Below are positions 40,299 through 50,002 of a DNA stretch of 64,000 nt, in pieces. Origin of the DNA: an uncultured Nitrospiraceae bacterium (GTDB lineage: Bacteria; Nitrospirota; Thermodesulfovibrionia; Thermodesulfovibrionales; Dissulfurispiraceae); assembly GCA_947085205.1 (NCBI GenBank), contig CAMTVO010000010.1, positions 1 through 64,000 on the forward strand. The letters run 5' to 3'. Under the pieces are notes generated by a model. The model saw only the letters and a list, made by a program, of their open reading frames with translations, searched no databases and was not told where the DNA came from. Numbering within the stretch: the first letter of the stretch is position 1; each line of letters begins with the position of its first letter. Position numbers and translations under genes: made by a program.

Positions 40299-40712
40299 AT
40301 GGCTATTAAAAAATTTGCCTTTATCATCAGGTCGCTCCCCTATAAAACAGAGGCATCAAGGCTTGCGATGACACATGCAATTGCAAGTCAATCGGTTGAA
40401 ATATATTTGGAGGACGGAGACAATGTAGAGCCGGTTGTCTGCTTTATTGGCGATGGCGTATTCAATTGCCTAAAAAACCAGCAGGCAATGAAACACTACG
40501 GTATTACAAGCCTGGAACAACATATAAAGAACAGCCTTCTCCTTGATCTGAATATTATGATATGCAAGGAAGACATCGACAGATTTGGCATCACAGAAGA
40601 TTCCCTCATTATGGATGCAGAGGATATCGGAGGAGAGACAAATGCCCGGATTGTCCCATATAGCGAGATTGCAAAAATAATGGAATCCGTAGATCACCTG
40701 CAGTTTTTTTAA
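40299..40712 (+). CDS. dsrF: DsrF/TusC-like protein
   Basis: FIIRSLPY, FIGDGVF.CLKNQ, ICKEDIDRFGI, C-terminal DHLQFF. Confidence 0.75.
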   Translation: MAIKKFAFIIRSLPYKTEASRLAMTHAIASQSVEIYLEDGDNVEPVVCFIGDGVFNCLKNQQAMKHYGITSLEQHIKNSLLLDLNIMICKEDIDRFGITEDSLIMDAEDIGGETNARIVPYSEIAKIMESVDHLQFF

Positions 40713-40742
40713 GAACTATACAAGATAAGGAGGATTTAAAAA

Positions 40743-40994
40743 ATGTCAGACTTAAAGTCACAGACGCCAACAGAAACTTTAGATGTATTAGGAAGGGTTT
40801 GTCCCTATCCATTAGTTTTAACAAAAAAGGCCCTTGAAAAGTTACCGAGCGGTTCTATACTTAAAATTATGACCGATGCTCCTGCATCAGCGGAGGATTC
40901 AATACCAAGGTTTGCTGAAAAGCAGGGCTGCGAGATTGAATCAGTAAAACTCGAGGACAAAGGCTATTGGGAGATTTACTTAAAGAAAAAATAA
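40743..40994 (+). CDS. tusA: TusA sulfur carrier
   Basis: LDVLGRVCPYP (CPxP) and MTDAPASAEDSIP. Confidence 0.9.
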   Translation: MSDLKSQTPTETLDVLGRVCPYPLVLTKKALEKLPSGSILKIMTDAPASAEDSIPRFAEKQGCEIESVKLEDKGYWEIYLKKK

Positions 40995-41004
40995 TCGAGC
41001 AGAT

Positions 41005-41041
41005 AAAAAAAGGCGCTGAGTTTTTCTCAGCGCCTTTTTTT
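41005..41041. terminator. Bidirectional intrinsic terminator
   Basis: AAAAAAAGGCGCTGAG-TTTTT-CTCAGCGCCTTTTTTT between convergent operons. Confidence 0.9.
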
Positions 41042-41050
41042 ATGAATCTT

Positions 41051-41236
41051 TTAAATCTCAGTTATCGTAATTGCATTAGGTGCGCAGACCTGCAAACATG
41101 TCTCACAAAAAACACATTCAGATGACTGATACGGATCAGACTTTCCGTCAACCATTCTAAATACTTCTTGCGGACATTGATTGACACACTCTTCGCATCC
41201 TTCACACTTAGCTGTATCCACTGTCACAATGTACAT
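41051..41236 (-). CDS. 2[4Fe-4S] ferredoxin
   Basis: CEGCEECVNQCP and CVFCETCLQVCAP. Confidence 0.92.
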   Translation of the reverse strand: MYIVTVDTAKCEGCEECVNQCPQEVFRMVDGKSDPYQSSECVFCETCLQVCAPNAITITEI

Positions 41237-41283
41237 CTTCTAATCACCTCCCTAATAATTTCATCTACTTAAGTCTATAATCA

Positions 41284-41601
41284 TTACTTCTGAGGAACTA
41301 TCTTTTTAGCCCCTACATAATCATGACACCTGTTACAGAACTTATCAATTTCCATGTGACAGCCGAGACACTCCTCCATTTTCATCTTACCAGCACTCAG
41401 TTTGTCCATATGGGTGGCTACCCATTCCCTTGTTGGTTTATGGTAATCAGGAGCAGGTAATCCTTCCATTACCTCAAGTGCAAGTGGCCCTTTCCCTTTT
41501 ACCGCAGGTTTTTCAATCTTTTGACATGCAACAGAAAACAGGACAACGAGGACTAACAGTGCAACAAAAGCTTTGAACCTTAAACCTTGAACTTTAAACA
41601 T
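41284..41601 (-). CDS. DsrJ-like c-type cytochrome lipoprotein with two CxxCH motifs
   Basis: Lipobox-like FSVAC, THMDKL, CLGCH and FCNRCHDYVG; directly after dsrK. Confidence 0.7.
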   Translation of the reverse strand: MFKVQGLRFKAFVALLVLVVLFSVACQKIEKPAVKGKGPLALEVMEGLPAPDYHKPTREWVATHMDKLSAGKMKMEECLGCHMEIDKFCNRCHDYVGAKKIVPQK

Positions 41602-41602
41602 A

Positions 41603-43156
41603 TTATACCCCCTCTTTTGCGCCAAGTACTATTGCCCTGCCTACTAACTGATGTATCCCTCCGACCTCTTCCATCGGATAGCCATAAGTTGGGAACATCT
41701 TGCTCATTTGCGCCTTGCAAATTGCACAGATAAGGGCAAGGAAGTTTACATCGTGGCTGTCCTTTACTGCCTTTACTGCCTGCATCCTCGGCATGGCTCC
41801 CTTCACCCTTATTGGCAGCATATCATCACCGAGGAGCCCCTGCCCTGCACCACAACAGAATGTCTTTTCTTTGATTGTATTTTCAGGCATGTCAACATAC
41901 TTATTAACACACGCCTTTATTACTGCCCTCGGTATCTCGTATTGTCCGTGTGCTGAACCTCCCATCTCCATTCCCCTCGCAACCTGACAGGAGTCATGGA
42001 AGGTTACGGTAAACGCATCATTTGCAGACTTATCAAGCTTCAAAGCGCCTTTATTTATAAGGTCAAGTGTAAATTCGCATATATGTTGAGGTATCGGGTG
42101 CTTCGGGTCAAGAAAGTCAAATGGTCCCCATAATGTGTTACTGTATGAGGACAGCACCCTCCACATATGACCACACTCACCACCTACAACCCTTTTAACA
42201 CCTAACTCCCTCGCTGCATCCCATATCCTCTTGTTGATAATTTTTACATGGTTGTAGTTGCTTGAAAATAATCCGAAGTTTCCACCCTCTGATGCATATG
42301 TGCTCATTGTCCAACTGATGCCTGCCTGGTGAAAGACCTTTGCATACCCGTAGAGGGATTCAATATGGGGCGATGCGAAAAAGTCTGCTGAAGGTGTCAC
42401 AAAAAGCACTTCTGCACCCTTTACATCCAGCGGGATCTTTATATCCATTCCTGTCTGGTCTTTCAAATCACTCTCTACAAATTCAATGGAATTTCTCACA
42501 GCATCAGGAATCATACCGAGATTGTTTCCTATATACTGAGCCTTATCAATAATCTCGTGCATATACTTCTGGACCAGTCCAACGCTGTTGAGGATCTCCC
42601 TTGCAGCCATTGTAATCTCTGCTGTATCTATTCCGTAAGGGCAAAAGACAGAGCAGCGTCTGCATTCAGAACACTGATAGAAATAGATATACCATAATGC
42701 AAGCAGCTCTTCACTTAACTCTTCAGCAGCGCCGAGAGACTTGCCAAATACTTTGCCCGGGGTTGTGAAGTATCTCCTGTAAACCCTCCTCATCAACTCT
42801 GCCCTTGCAACAGGCATATTGAGGGCGTCTTTGGTCCCGAGGAAGAAATGGCACTTGTCTGCGCATGCGCCGCATCTCACGCATATATCCATGAAGAGCT
42901 TCACAGACCTGTATTTCCGTAATATTTCATCGAATTTCTCAAGGAACTTTGTCTTCCAGTCAGGGATGAGTCCTTCTATTGGATAGCCAAGCCTCTGCAG
43001 GGCATCTTTATTTTTAAAGAGCTGTGATGTGTACTTTCTGGATGCAAACTCTTCTATCTTTGGAGTTTCTACCATTCCTGTAAGATCAGGCACTTCGTAT
43101 TTTATCTTTTCCCATTTAATTAACTCTTCCACATTCTTCTCTACTTCTGTCCCCAT
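41603..43156 (-). CDS. dsrK: DsrK (heterodisulfide reductase-like Fe-S subunit)
   Basis: CVRCGACADKC, CSECRRCSVFCP, GECGH, FHDSC, FCCGAG, CAIC. Start at ATG 43156 after GGAGGG. Confidence 0.95.
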   Translation of the reverse strand: MGTEVEKNVEELIKWEKIKYEVPDLTGMVETPKIEEFASRKYTSQLFKNKDALQRLGYPIEGLIPDWKTKFLEKFDEILRKYRSVKLFMDICVRCGACADKCHFFLGTKDALNMPVARAELMRRVYRRYFTTPGKVFGKSLGAAEELSEELLALWYIYFYQCSECRRCSVFCPYGIDTAEITMAAREILNSVGLVQKYMHEIIDKAQYIGNNLGMIPDAVRNSIEFVESDLKDQTGMDIKIPLDVKGAEVLFVTPSADFFASPHIESLYGYAKVFHQAGISWTMSTYASEGGNFGLFSSNYNHVKIINKRIWDAARELGVKRVVGGECGHMWRVLSSYSNTLWGPFDFLDPKHPIPQHICEFTLDLINKGALKLDKSANDAFTVTFHDSCQVARGMEMGGSAHGQYEIPRAVIKACVNKYVDMPENTIKEKTFCCGAGQGLLGDDMLPIRVKGAMPRMQAVKAVKDSHDVNFLALICAICKAQMSKMFPTYGYPMEEVGGIHQLVGRAIVLGAKEGV

Positions 43157-43959
43157 TTTTCCCTCCATTGCTCCATTGACCATGGTTTGTAGGCATCAGG
43201 TTTTCCTTCAGCCTCTGCCAGTCTTTTACCCCACTCCTCATCTGCCCATGGATTGATATGTCTCTTTGTCCTCGGGTTGTTGACCATTGCCCTTGTTGGT
43301 GTTATGAAAACACCTCCGGCATGCATCAGCTTACTAAACGGAAAGAGGAAAATCAAAAGCAACACCATTATAAGATGCAGAATAAACATGCCGTCCAGAG
43401 AGTCAGGCAAGGGTATGGGACTTAATGCCATTAAATGAAGCATAAAGTCCTTTATGTCTACAATAATAGGCCTTGCGACATATTTCATTATCAGTCCTGT
43501 TGTTCCGATTGCAATTATCAGTGCAGGATAAAGGTAATCCATAAAATTTGAAATATATCTTACTCTGTCAATAGCAAGTCTTCTTAACAGGAGATAGAGC
43601 AGTGAAAGAACCAGCGTGAATCCTGCATAAATTCCGATCTCTGAGAAAAACATAACCCATTCTGGAACAGGATAAAAGAAGTAGCGGAGATGCCTCAGAA
43701 TAACAATCAGGAATGAAAGATGAAAAATGTATCCACCAAGCCAGAGGCCTTTGTCCGCAGCAAAGAGACTCCGGAAAAGAACAACCTCGCTCAACACCCT
43801 CAGCGCTGTCCCCCCCTGTGTTACAGGAGCAGGTCCTGTCGGGATTTTAAGAGGATTTGGAGAGGCAAGCCATCTTGCAAAATGGCCAACAAAACCAATT
43901 ATGAAAATACATGTTACGGCATATACCAAAACTGCAAAAATAATTCTATCTGTTCCCAT
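43141..43959 (-). CDS. dsrM: DsrM (NarI-like membrane cytochrome b)
   Basis: FRSLF, WLGGYIFH, RHLRYF, RYIS...DY, FPFSKLMHAGG, HINPW. Confidence 0.93.
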   Translation of the reverse strand: MGTDRIIFAVLVYAVTCIFIIGFVGHFARWLASPNPLKIPTGPAPVTQGGTALRVLSEVVLFRSLFAADKGLWLGGYIFHLSFLIVILRHLRYFFYPVPEWVMFFSEIGIYAGFTLVLSLLYLLLRRLAIDRVRYISNFMDYLYPALIIAIGTTGLIMKYVARPIIVDIKDFMLHLMALSPIPLPDSLDGMFILHLIMVLLLIFLFPFSKLMHAGGVFITPTRAMVNNPRTKRHINPWADEEWGKRLAEAEGKPDAYKPWSMEQWREKWGQK

Positions 43960-43973
43960 ATGCTCCCCTCTCT

Positions 43974-44017
43974 AAAACAAAGGCAATGCCTTTATAAAAG
44001 CCATTGCCTTTGTTTTT
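43974..44017 (-). terminator. Terminator after dsrC
   Basis: AAAACAAAGGCAATG...CATTGCCTTTGTTTT inverted repeat. Confidence 0.75.
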
Positions 44018-44041
44018 AAATTGTTATCGGCTTTTCTGGGT

Positions 44042-44377
44042 TTACACGCAGCCTGTTGGCTTTGGCAGCCCTGCATATCTACATGCCTGTTTTGCAGGTC
44101 CATCTGGGAAGAGCTCGTAAAGGTACTTTGTATTGCCCTTCTCAGGTCCCATTATCTTGGCGATCTCCTTCACGAGGATCTTTATCATTGGGGCAATCTG
44201 ATATTTCTGATAGTAATCCCTCAGGAAGTTTATAACCTCCCAGTGGCCTTCTGTTAGCGTTAAACCATCCTGTTTTGCCATCTGCTCACCGAGATCCTTT
44301 GTCCAGTCGTCAAGGTTTACAAGATACCCGTCCTCGTCCACCTCGATTTGTTTCTCCTGAAAATCAACTGTTGGCAT
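44042..44377 (-). CDS. dsrC: DsrC sulfur carrier
   Basis: DEDGYL, HWEVI, C-terminal ACRYAGLPKPTGCV with both conserved Cys. Confidence 0.97.
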   Translation of the reverse strand: MPTVDFQEKQIEVDEDGYLVNLDDWTKDLGEQMAKQDGLTLTEGHWEVINFLRDYYQKYQIAPMIKILVKEIAKIMGPEKGNTKYLYELFPDGPAKQACRYAGLPKPTGCV

Positions 44378-44521
44378 TGTGCTACCTCCTTTCTCTGTTT
44401 TAATTTTGTTGAAGATTATACTACTATCGATGGTTTTTATTCAAAACAAAAGTGGTAAGAAAATAATATAGACTTATAAGCCAGGTCAAATAAAATAATA
44501 TTATATATATATTTGCTATTT

Positions 44522-45616
44522 TTATTTATTCTGTTGAGTAACTATCTTATTTATTGCTTCTTTAACTATTTCGCTAACCGTTTTCTTTATCAGCTCTCCA
44601 TCATGATAAAAATTTATTGTGCTGGCATCGTTTACAAGGCTGCTTATATCCTCCGAAAGGATCTTCTCTCCAAGGATTCCGACAACCCATGCGGCATGTC
44701 CCCTGACAGAAGGATTGCTGTCCTTTATCATTAGCTGCAAATCTTTTAATATAAATTTAACAAGGTCCGGCCTAACAGCAGCTATCCGCCCCATTGCCCA
44801 TATTACGCCCGCCCTGAACATCTCTTCATCACGGAAAGACCATACTATGGGAATAATGTCGCTGAATTCATCCGGATCGCTTCTGATAATCTCCCCAAGC
44901 ATATCTGCGGCGCTCCATCCGATGCCTCCCGACTCCTCGCGCATAGACCACAAAAGTCTCCTGATTGTGTCCCTTATCACGTCTCTCCTGTCTCTTGACA
45001 ACTCTCCTGCTACTATTCCTATTGCCTCTATTGCCCTCCAGCTTATGACATCTTCCTTATCGTATGCCAGAGAAATGAGACGCCTCATTACGCCTTTATC
45101 CATTTTTGCAATCTCTGTGATTGCATTGTATGAGCTGGTTTCCAAAAAATTCCTGATCCTGCCCTTCAAGTCTCGCTTTTCTGGCATCCACTCTTCCTCT
45201 GTATTATTTTGATTCTTATTTTCGTTTTTGTCATTGCGAGCAGAAGGCGAAGCAATCTTGAAATTATTGGATTGCTGCGGCATATCATGCTCCTTGAGTT
45301 TAACAAAAACAAGCTTTCCCCTTGCTTCACCGCCCATTCCGGTCGAATAAAGCCTCATATGGTTTTTTAAATCATAACCCATATCCTGAGTCTGATAGTC
45401 CGCTTCTTCTCCGATGAGGTTTATATCCCAGTCTCCCTTTGCCATTGCAAGGGCTTCCATGTAAGCCTCTCCTGCATTATGCCCTGTCGGGTCGCAGACA
45501 TAAACAGCACCGCAGTCGCATTTCCCGCTCAGCACTTCACCAAACTCCGTCCTCGTTTCCTCTGGACGGGCAATATAACGTCCGCAAAACGGGCATTCAG
45601 ACGGATATTTATTCAT
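44522..45616 (-). CDS. Cys-motif plus HEAT-repeat protein (DVU0298-like C-terminal region)
   Basis: N-terminal CPFCG...CDCGAVYVCD; C-terminal WRAIEAIG, RRLLWSMREESGGIGW, VRGHAAW. Confidence 0.7.
   Translation of the reverse strand: MNKYPSECPFCGRYIARPEETRTEFGEVLSGKCDCGAVYVCDPTGHNAGEAYMEALAMAKGDWDINLIGEEADYQTQDMGYDLKNHMRLYSTGMGGEARGKLVFVKLKEHDMPQQSNNFKIASPSARNDKNENKNQNNTEEEWMPEKRDLKGRIRNFLETSSYNAITEIAKMDKGVMRRLISLAYDKEDVISWRAIEAIGIVAGELSRDRRDVIRDTIRRLLWSMREESGGIGWSAADMLGEIIRSDPDEFSDIIPIVWSFRDEEMFRAGVIWAMGRIAAVRPDLVKFILKDLQLMIKDSNPSVRGHAAWVVGILGEKILSEDISSLVNDASTINFYHDGELIKKTVSEIVKEAINKIVTQQNK
45230..45258. repeat. GTCATTGCGAG...GAAGCAATC palindromic repeat in frame
   Basis: GTCATTGCGAGCAGAAGGCGAAGCAATCT in the interdomain linker (reads KIASPSARND on the minus strand). 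Confidence 0.6.
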
Positions 45617-45633
45617 AGCTCATAGTTCATAAT

Positions 45634-47154
45634 TCATGGTTTATAGTCCTTGCTATCAGCTACAAGCCATGAGTTGCGAGCTAATTTATACTCCTTTGCG
45701 TTTCTTATAAGTCCTTCGACCCATTCCCTTGTGCCGAGGGCGTGAATATGCGTGTACGTGGCAAGGACATTTTTATAACATATGCCGTCCATTTTATCTT
45801 TTATACCATGGCCCCTCTTCATTCTGAATGCTGAGTATACCCCCCCTAATCCCCCCCTTAATAAGGGGGGATTAGGGGGGGTGAAAGAATTCTCCACAAC
45901 AGCCGAATAATGGAATTCATGTCCGTGCAGCAAAGTCCCTACAGGATAAAATGGGTTTTCTTTCTCCACCTCAACAATTGTATATCCGTGCGCCTGAGGC
46001 TTATTTTTCATTTCAAAAGTTATTGGAAAGATGTCCACCATCGGATATTTTTTGCCTTCGACTATAATGGAGTTTCCCAGAAACATCAGTCCTCCGCACT
46101 CCGCGTAGATCGGAAGGCCGTTTTCTGCCGAGTTTTTCAAAGAACTTCTGAATTCAGCATTCTCTGCAAGCCTTATGGCATTGGTCTCAGGAAAGCCTCC
46201 GCCGATGTAGAGGGCATCAATATCCGGCAGATGTTTATCTTCAAGTGCATTGATTTTGACAATCTCCGCACCGTTTCTCTGGAGTTCTTCGATGTTTTCA
46301 GGATAATAGAATTGAAATGCGGAATCTCTTATAACACCGATTCTAATTTTATCCGAAACGGTGAATGGGTGATACGGTGAATCGGTGAATGAATGAACGG
46401 ACATGTCTTCTCCATTTCTCCATTTCTCCGTTTCTCCGTTTCTCACATAAAGTAGTTCAGCTTCCTTTGCGATATTTATTATCCCATCAATATCTATATA
46501 TTTCTTCGCAATCTCCCCCACAAATGATATCGCATTCTCCATATCGCGGTGCTCTTGATACGGCGTCAGGCCCATGTGGCGTTCAGGGAACTCTCCTTCC
46601 TTCAATCTCGGCATTGCACCGAGAACAGGCATTGAACAATATTTCTCAACAGAGGCACGCACTACTGATTCGTGCCTGCTTCCTGATACCTGATTCAGAA
46701 CAACTCCTTTTATTCTGACATCTTTATCGAGATTCATACAGCCCAGAACAACTGCTGCAGCAGTTCTTGTCATCTTTGTGCAGTCAATTACGAGTATCAC
46801 AGGCGATTTTAAAAGTTTTGCAAGCTCTGCAGTGCTGTAAGAGCCTTCCGTATCCATGCCATCATAAAGCCCCCTGTTGCCCTCTATAACCGCAATATCG
46901 CCTTTAAAATGCGATATAAAGGAATCCCTTACCTTTTCTTTCGATATGAGAAATGGGTCGAGGTTATAGCATGGATTCGCTGCTGCAACAGACATCCAGC
47001 CTGCGTCTATAAAATCCGGCCCTTTTTTAAAGGGGATAACCTTGAAGCCTTTCTGAGACCTGAATGCGGCAATAATTCCGAGAGAGAGGGTCGTCTTTCC
47101 GCTTCCGCCTCTAATTCCGGCAATAGTCAAACGGGGATAATTATTCATGGACAT
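45634..47154 (-). CDS. dsrN: DsrN siroheme amidase (CbiA paralog)
   Basis: GGSGKT, KKGPDFIDAGW, EGNRGLYDG, ERHMGL; directly downstream of dsrABD. Confidence 0.88.
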   Translation of the reverse strand: MSMNNYPRLTIAGIRGGSGKTTLSLGIIAAFRSQKGFKVIPFKKGPDFIDAGWMSVAAANPCYNLDPFLISKEKVRDSFISHFKGDIAVIEGNRGLYDGMDTEGSYSTAELAKLLKSPVILVIDCTKMTRTAAAVVLGCMNLDKDVRIKGVVLNQVSGSRHESVVRASVEKYCSMPVLGAMPRLKEGEFPERHMGLTPYQEHRDMENAISFVGEIAKKYIDIDGIINIAKEAELLYVRNGETEKWRNGEDMSVHSFTDSPYHPFTVSDKIRIGVIRDSAFQFYYPENIEELQRNGAEIVKINALEDKHLPDIDALYIGGGFPETNAIRLAENAEFRSSLKNSAENGLPIYAECGGLMFLGNSIIVEGKKYPMVDIFPITFEMKNKPQAHGYTIVEVEKENPFYPVGTLLHGHEFHYSAVVENSFTPPNPPLLRGGLGGVYSAFRMKRGHGIKDKMDGICYKNVLATYTHIHALGTREWVEGLIRNAKEYKLARNSWLVADSKDYKP

Positions 47155-47345
47155 TTATTATACCTTCCGCCCAAACTTTTGTCATTCCATTGTAAACGAG
47201 AAAAATTGCATAAAACTGGCTCTTTCTCATTTCAAGTGAATAAATATCCCCTCCCCCGGTTTTATCTGTTCTTTTTCGGAATCATCCTTTATTGCACATA
47301 ATTACAACAAATACTGTACCCACAGAAATGCCGGAAGAACCAAAC

Positions 47346-47384
47346 AAAAAGGCAGTCCGCCACCCTCTAAGTGGACTGCCTTTT
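47346..47384 (-). terminator. Terminator after dsrD
   Basis: AAAAAGGCAGTCC...GGACTGCCTTTT. Confidence 0.7.
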
Positions 47385-47408
47385 GAAAACTAAGAATACT
47401 AAAATTTA

Positions 47409-47624
47409 TTACTTTGGTGGAATCTCTACGAAACTGCCGCCAAAATATGTATATATAAGCTTGCCTTCGTCGACTAAATCCTTTAATGCATCTTTTACCT
47501 CATCCCTTGAAATACCGGCCTCTGCTGAGACTGTCTTCTGGATGTCGCTTGATTTCAGCTTTTTCTTGCCCGTAGACTTCTCTACCAACTCGTAAATCTT
47601 CCTCTTTACTTCTTCCTTTTCCAT
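47409..47624 (-). CDS. dsrD: DsrD
   Basis: Winged-helix, GKKKLK...VKDALKDLVDEGKLIYTYFGGS; directly after dsrB. Confidence 0.88.
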   Translation of the reverse strand: MEKEEVKRKIYELVEKSTGKKKLKSSDIQKTVSAEAGISRDEVKDALKDLVDEGKLIYTYFGGSFVEIPPK

Positions 47625-47663
47625 CTCGTACCCCTTTTTAGCAGTTTAGCGGTTAATATTTTT

Positions 47664-47700
47664 CTGCCGGGGGATATGCAATCCGCACATCCCCCGGCAG
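47664..47700 (-). terminator. Stem-loop between dsrB and dsrD
   Basis: CTGCCGGGGGA...TCCCCCGGCAG. Confidence 0.55.
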
Positions 47701-47715
47701 CTTCTAACATATATT

Positions 47716-48786
47716 TTACCACTTGAATGTTGCTGCTGTTCTGAAGGTCTCCCTTGCAATGACAAAGTCATCAATATGCTGGAATGTAAACGGTAACCCT
47801 GTAACCTTGAAGAACTTCTCCCAGCCTATCCTCTCAATCCACTCGCCGACCCTCTCATGCTTCTTTGCATCTGCAACATAGGCATCGAGGATATTCTTCA
47901 CTGCTGCGGTGACTTCAGGCCACCTCGGAGGATTGTTCTTGATGAACGGCACCGCGAGCTTGGAGAATTTCGGGTTGCTCCTGAGGTTTCCAACCTTACC
48001 GCCTACCACGATTGCAACACCGTCATACTCGGGGTCGTGTATCTCTATAGGAGGGCAGACAGTAAAACAGTTGCCGCAATACATGCACTTCTCTGCATTG
48101 ATCTTCACGCTCTTCTTTGAAGGCTCAGGGCTGATTGCTCCTGTAGGGCATGATCCAATTGTAGATGGAACCTCACACATGTTCTTAACCTTGTCATGGT
48201 CAATTGTCGGAACCTTCCTGTGGACGGCAACAACGGCAATATCGGAGCAATGAACAGCACCGCACATATTAACGCAGCATGCAACAGCCATCCTGACCTT
48301 GTTAGGCAAAGTCTTTGTAGTAAAATAATCTGCAAAGTCATCCATCAATGCCTTTACAATGCCTGAAGCATCTGTACATGCAGAATGGCAGTGAACCCAT
48401 CCCTGCGTATGGACGATATTGCTTATCATGTTGCCGATACCGCCAACCATGTATTTCTTGTCTTGCAGTTCTTTCTGCAGCGGCTCAAGGTTCTTCTCAT
48501 CAGAGACGAGAAACTCGACATTGTTCCTTGTTGTAAACCTGATATAGCCGCCGCAATATTTCTCGGCAATGGCAGCCATATCCCTGATTGTATCTGTGCT
48601 GAGAAGCCTTGGAGATGCTACCCTTACAGACCAAATTTTATCGCCGCTATTTGCCACATGCACCATAACACCAGGATTAATAATCTCATGATGTTTCCAA
48701 TCTCCATAGTTTTTCTGGATAACCGGCGGCAAAAAGTCCTTATAATGAGGCGGACCTATATCTGTTCTTCTTTGTGGTAATGTCAT
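47716..48786 (-). CDS. dsrB: Dissimilatory sulfite reductase beta subunit
   Basis: [52 protein letters not shown]. Confidence 0.98.
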   Translation of the reverse strand: MTLPQRRTDIGPPHYKDFLPPVIQKNYGDWKHHEIINPGVMVHVANSGDKIWSVRVASPRLLSTDTIRDMAAIAEKYCGGYIRFTTRNNVEFLVSDEKNLEPLQKELQDKKYMVGGIGNMISNIVHTQGWVHCHSACTDASGIVKALMDDFADYFTTKTLPNKVRMAVACCVNMCGAVHCSDIAVVAVHRKVPTIDHDKVKNMCEVPSTIGSCPTGAISPEPSKKSVKINAEKCMYCGNCFTVCPPIEIHDPEYDGVAIVVGGKVGNLRSNPKFSKLAVPFIKNNPPRWPEVTAAVKNILDAYVADAKKHERVGEWIERIGWEKFFKVTGLPFTFQHIDDFVIARETFRTAATFKW

Positions 48787-48817
48787 ATATTCCTCCTTAT
48801 ATTTATAATTTCTCTAT

Positions 48818-50002
48818 TTATTTCTGCAAGTCTGCTTCTGTCCAGAAGAAGAATGGGTCTCTTCTCGGCTCTTTAACCTGCTGAGGAACAGGCTCAACAC
48901 CAATGAACTCAAGGAACTCTCTCATTCCTTTTCTGATGATAAGCTCGCCAATTCTCTCCCTGTTCTTTCCATACTCATCCCAGAACTCCCACATCTTCCT
49001 GATAAGATCTTTGAACTCATCATAGGGCGGCTCCATCTTTATAAATGGAACAATTACCCATGAAAGTGTTGCGCCGATAACAAATGGAGCCTTGCTGCCG
49101 ATGAGAATTGTTGCGCCCTTTTCACCTGTAGGCTTAAGCGCCTTTGTCATTTTTGCAATACAGTGCATACACCTTATACAGTCTGCGTCAGTTATCTTTA
49201 ATTCCTTTCCATCATAGCTCATGCACTTGCTTGGGCACATATTTACGATTTCTTCCTGAATATTCATGCCGCCCTTTGCATAGTTGGCAACCTCAGACTG
49301 ATCAACTGCTATACTGCCTTTCCATGTGCCTATGATTGAGCAGTCTGCACGGGCAATAGATGCGATACAGTCAACTGCGCATCCTGCTGTCTTAAATTTA
49401 AACTTGTAAGGGAATGCAGGCCTGTGCATTTCGTCCTGCCACTCCTGTGTTATGCTGTAATTAATATCGAGAGTGTCGATATTTGACCACTCACACCTTG
49501 CCGGGCCAACGCAGCAGCTTGGTGTTCTCATTGCTGAACCTGAACCACCGAGGTCCCATCCGCGGGATGTAAACTCTGCAAAAATAGGCTCAAGGTTTTC
49601 GCTGTTTGTTCCAAGAAGAATAAGGTCACCTGTAGAGCCATGAAGATTTGTGAGACCGCTTCCATACTTATCCCAAATATCGCACATCTCATTTAAAAAC
49701 TTTGATGTGTAGAAAAACCCTGAGGTGGAATTAATTCTTACAGTATGAAAGTTTGCAACATTAGGGAATTCTTCAGGAAGGGACGAGTATCTTCCTATAA
49801 CACCTGCACCATAACCGCGGACACCGACTATACCGCCGTGTTTCCAGTAACCGCGTTTGTCCCTGTATGACTTTTCAAGCTGGCCAAGCTCGTCGGCAGC
49901 CATATCGCTCTTTGCCGCCGCTTTCTTAATCTCTGTCACGAAGCTTGGAAACGGGCCTTTTTCCAGTTCGTCCAACAGCGGAGTCTCATACTTCTTTGGC
50001 AT
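48818..50002 (-). CDS. dsrA: Dissimilatory sulfite reductase alpha subunit
   Basis: [61 protein letters not shown]. Confidence 0.98.
   Translation of the reverse strand: MPKKYETPLLDELEKGPFPSFVTEIKKAAAKSDMAADELGQLEKSYRDKRGYWKHGGIVGVRGYGAGVIGRYSSLPEEFPNVANFHTVRINSTSGFFYTSKFLNEMCDIWDKYGSGLTNLHGSTGDLILLGTNSENLEPIFAEFTSRGWDLGGSGSAMRTPSCCVGPARCEWSNIDTLDINYSITQEWQDEMHRPAFPYKFKFKTAGCAVDCIASIARADCSIIGTWKGSIAVDQSEVANYAKGGMNIQEEIVNMCPSKCMSYDGKELKITDADCIRCMHCIAKMTKALKPTGEKGATILIGSKAPFVIGATLSWVIVPFIKMEPPYDEFKDLIRKMWEFWDEYGKNRERIGELIIRKGMREFLEFIGVEPVPQQVKEPRRDPFFFWTEADLQK

Noticed and set aside
39512..44490. Shared GCTTATAA operator upstream of dsrH and dsrC
   Set aside because: Only a short AT-rich match in AT-rich DNA; too weak without more sites.
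45634..47154. Duplicate cbiA
   Set aside because: Its position after dsrABD and the EGNRG motif indicate DsrN.
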